The notes beneath the pieces were generated by a model that worked only from the letters and a program-made list of their open reading frames with translations, searched no databases and was not told where the DNA came from. Positions 63,431 to 64,000 of a stretch of 64,000 nt of DNA are shown piece after piece. Position 1 is the stretch's first letter, and every line of letters starts with the position of its first letter. Origin of the DNA: Eubacteriales bacterium (lineage in GTDB: Bacteria; Bacillota; Clostridia; Oscillospirales; CAG-382); the NCBI GenBank assembly GCA_045589515.1, contig JAZNPH010000045.1:5560-69559 (forward strand), written 5' to 3'. The position numbers and the translations under genes were made by a program.

Positions 63431-63733
63431 AAAAATTTTTCTCCTTTCATGTTGGTTCCGATTTACGATCAGAACCTTTTATTTATCCCTCACGGGAGAA
63501 TATTGCCGGGCATCCACGTGTTTTTTATGGTTGCCCATCGCGGAGAATGCCGCGGCATTTTTTATATTCACCCTCAGCGTGGCTTCCGAGGGATAAATAA
63601 CGGTTGTGTAGATGCGGTGGGGAGGCAATCCCCTCCGTCTCGCTATCGCGAGCCACCTCCCCTTGCTAAGGGGAGGCTTTTTGGCGAGGGAAAGACGGGT
63701 GGGTAGATTCGCGGGAGGCAATCCCTCAAAAAT

Positions 63734-64000
63734 TCACTCTGCCTTATTCTCTTCGGGGGCAGATTCTTTCGAAGGAGCTTCCGCAGGTTCTTCCGCAGGC
63801 GCTTCCGAGGGAGCGGTATTGGCGTTCTGCTGAGCCTGACGGGCGCGGAGGGTTTCCAGCTCTGCCAAGAGGGCCTTGGTGTCCGCTTGCTTTTCCTTAT
63901 CGAACTTGCGGCGGCGGAGCATCTCATAGGCGACAAAGATGCCCACGGGAAGGACGATGCACACCAGCAGACCGGGAGTGGTCTGGAGGAACATGGCCAC
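63734..64000 (-). CDS. 3' end of a second SipW-like signal peptidase gene (5' part outside the window)
   Basis: FLQTTPGLLVCIVLPVGIFVAYEMLRRRKFDKEKQ...LLAELETLRARQ aligns with the C-terminal TM helix and charged tail of the SipW at 61056..61643 (FIRSPLGIILILGAAFFLMERSFRKEKQ...EEIRRLQS). The catalytic part is not visible. Confidence 0.55.
   Translation of the reverse strand: MAMFLQTTPGLLVCIVLPVGIFVAYEMLRRRKFDKEKQADTKALLAELETLRARQAQQNANTAPSEAPAEEPAEAPSKESAPEENKAE

Noticed and set aside
63431-63733. Possible c-di-GMP riboswitch in the structured leader of the fibre subunit gene
   Set aside because: I looked for GEMM-I-like signatures (GGCAAAC...GACGCAAAGC...) and for class II features. I found only a loose gggcaacc match. 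The region is kept as an unassigned structured element instead.
1-64000. CRISPR arrays, rRNA and tRNA genes, prophage or toxin-antitoxin modules
   Set aside because: None was seen on reading. The only tRNA-like structure is the tmRNA acceptor/T-arm.

Overview
This is a chromosomal segment of a Gram-positive, probably spore-forming Clostridia-class bacterium. Lineage evidence: a CwlD-type amidase, a long Bacillus-type SRP RNA in scr-dnaX-ybaB-recR synteny, lon-engB and hprK. All family calls come from reading the translated ORFs against remembered motifs; no searches were run.

Layout:
(1) nt 1-24.9 kb holds ordinary housekeeping genes: radA, xerD, proC, tmRNA plus smpB, a second Xer-like recombinase, rluD-like, capG/capF, pgm, engB, lon, glcK, hprK, SRP RNA, dnaX, ybaB and recR.
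(2) nt 24.9-41.4 kb is a single-strand, tightly packed 15-gene string. It starts at a consensus sigma-A promoter and ends at a bidirectional terminator. Gene order is pilB-pilT-pilC-pilD-pilMN(fusion)-pilO, three pilin-like genes, two membrane-anchored cohesin/cadherin-like proteins, a LytTR two-component system, and an orphan Wzz/BY-kinase pair.
(3) nt 41.5-45.1 kb is a four-subunit Na+-translocating (oxaloacetate-type) decarboxylase operon. It is followed by an IS200 copy (45.3-46.0 kb) and a sortase-signal 5'-nucleotidase gene.
(4) nt 48.2-64.0 kb runs off the window edge and is the most unusual region. It is a minus-strand locus built around two archaeal/ER-type (SipW-like) signal peptidases. 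It also has five proteins sharing a SipW-cognate-like N-terminal motif, a related protein with an LPXTG sorting signal, and two giant secreted proteins (1513 and 1862 aa). A small-medium-giant three-gene module occurs twice in tandem. I read it as an expanded TasA/BsaA-like extracellular fibre/adhesin system of an architecture I do not recognise as described.

No CRISPR array, rRNA or tRNA gene was seen.
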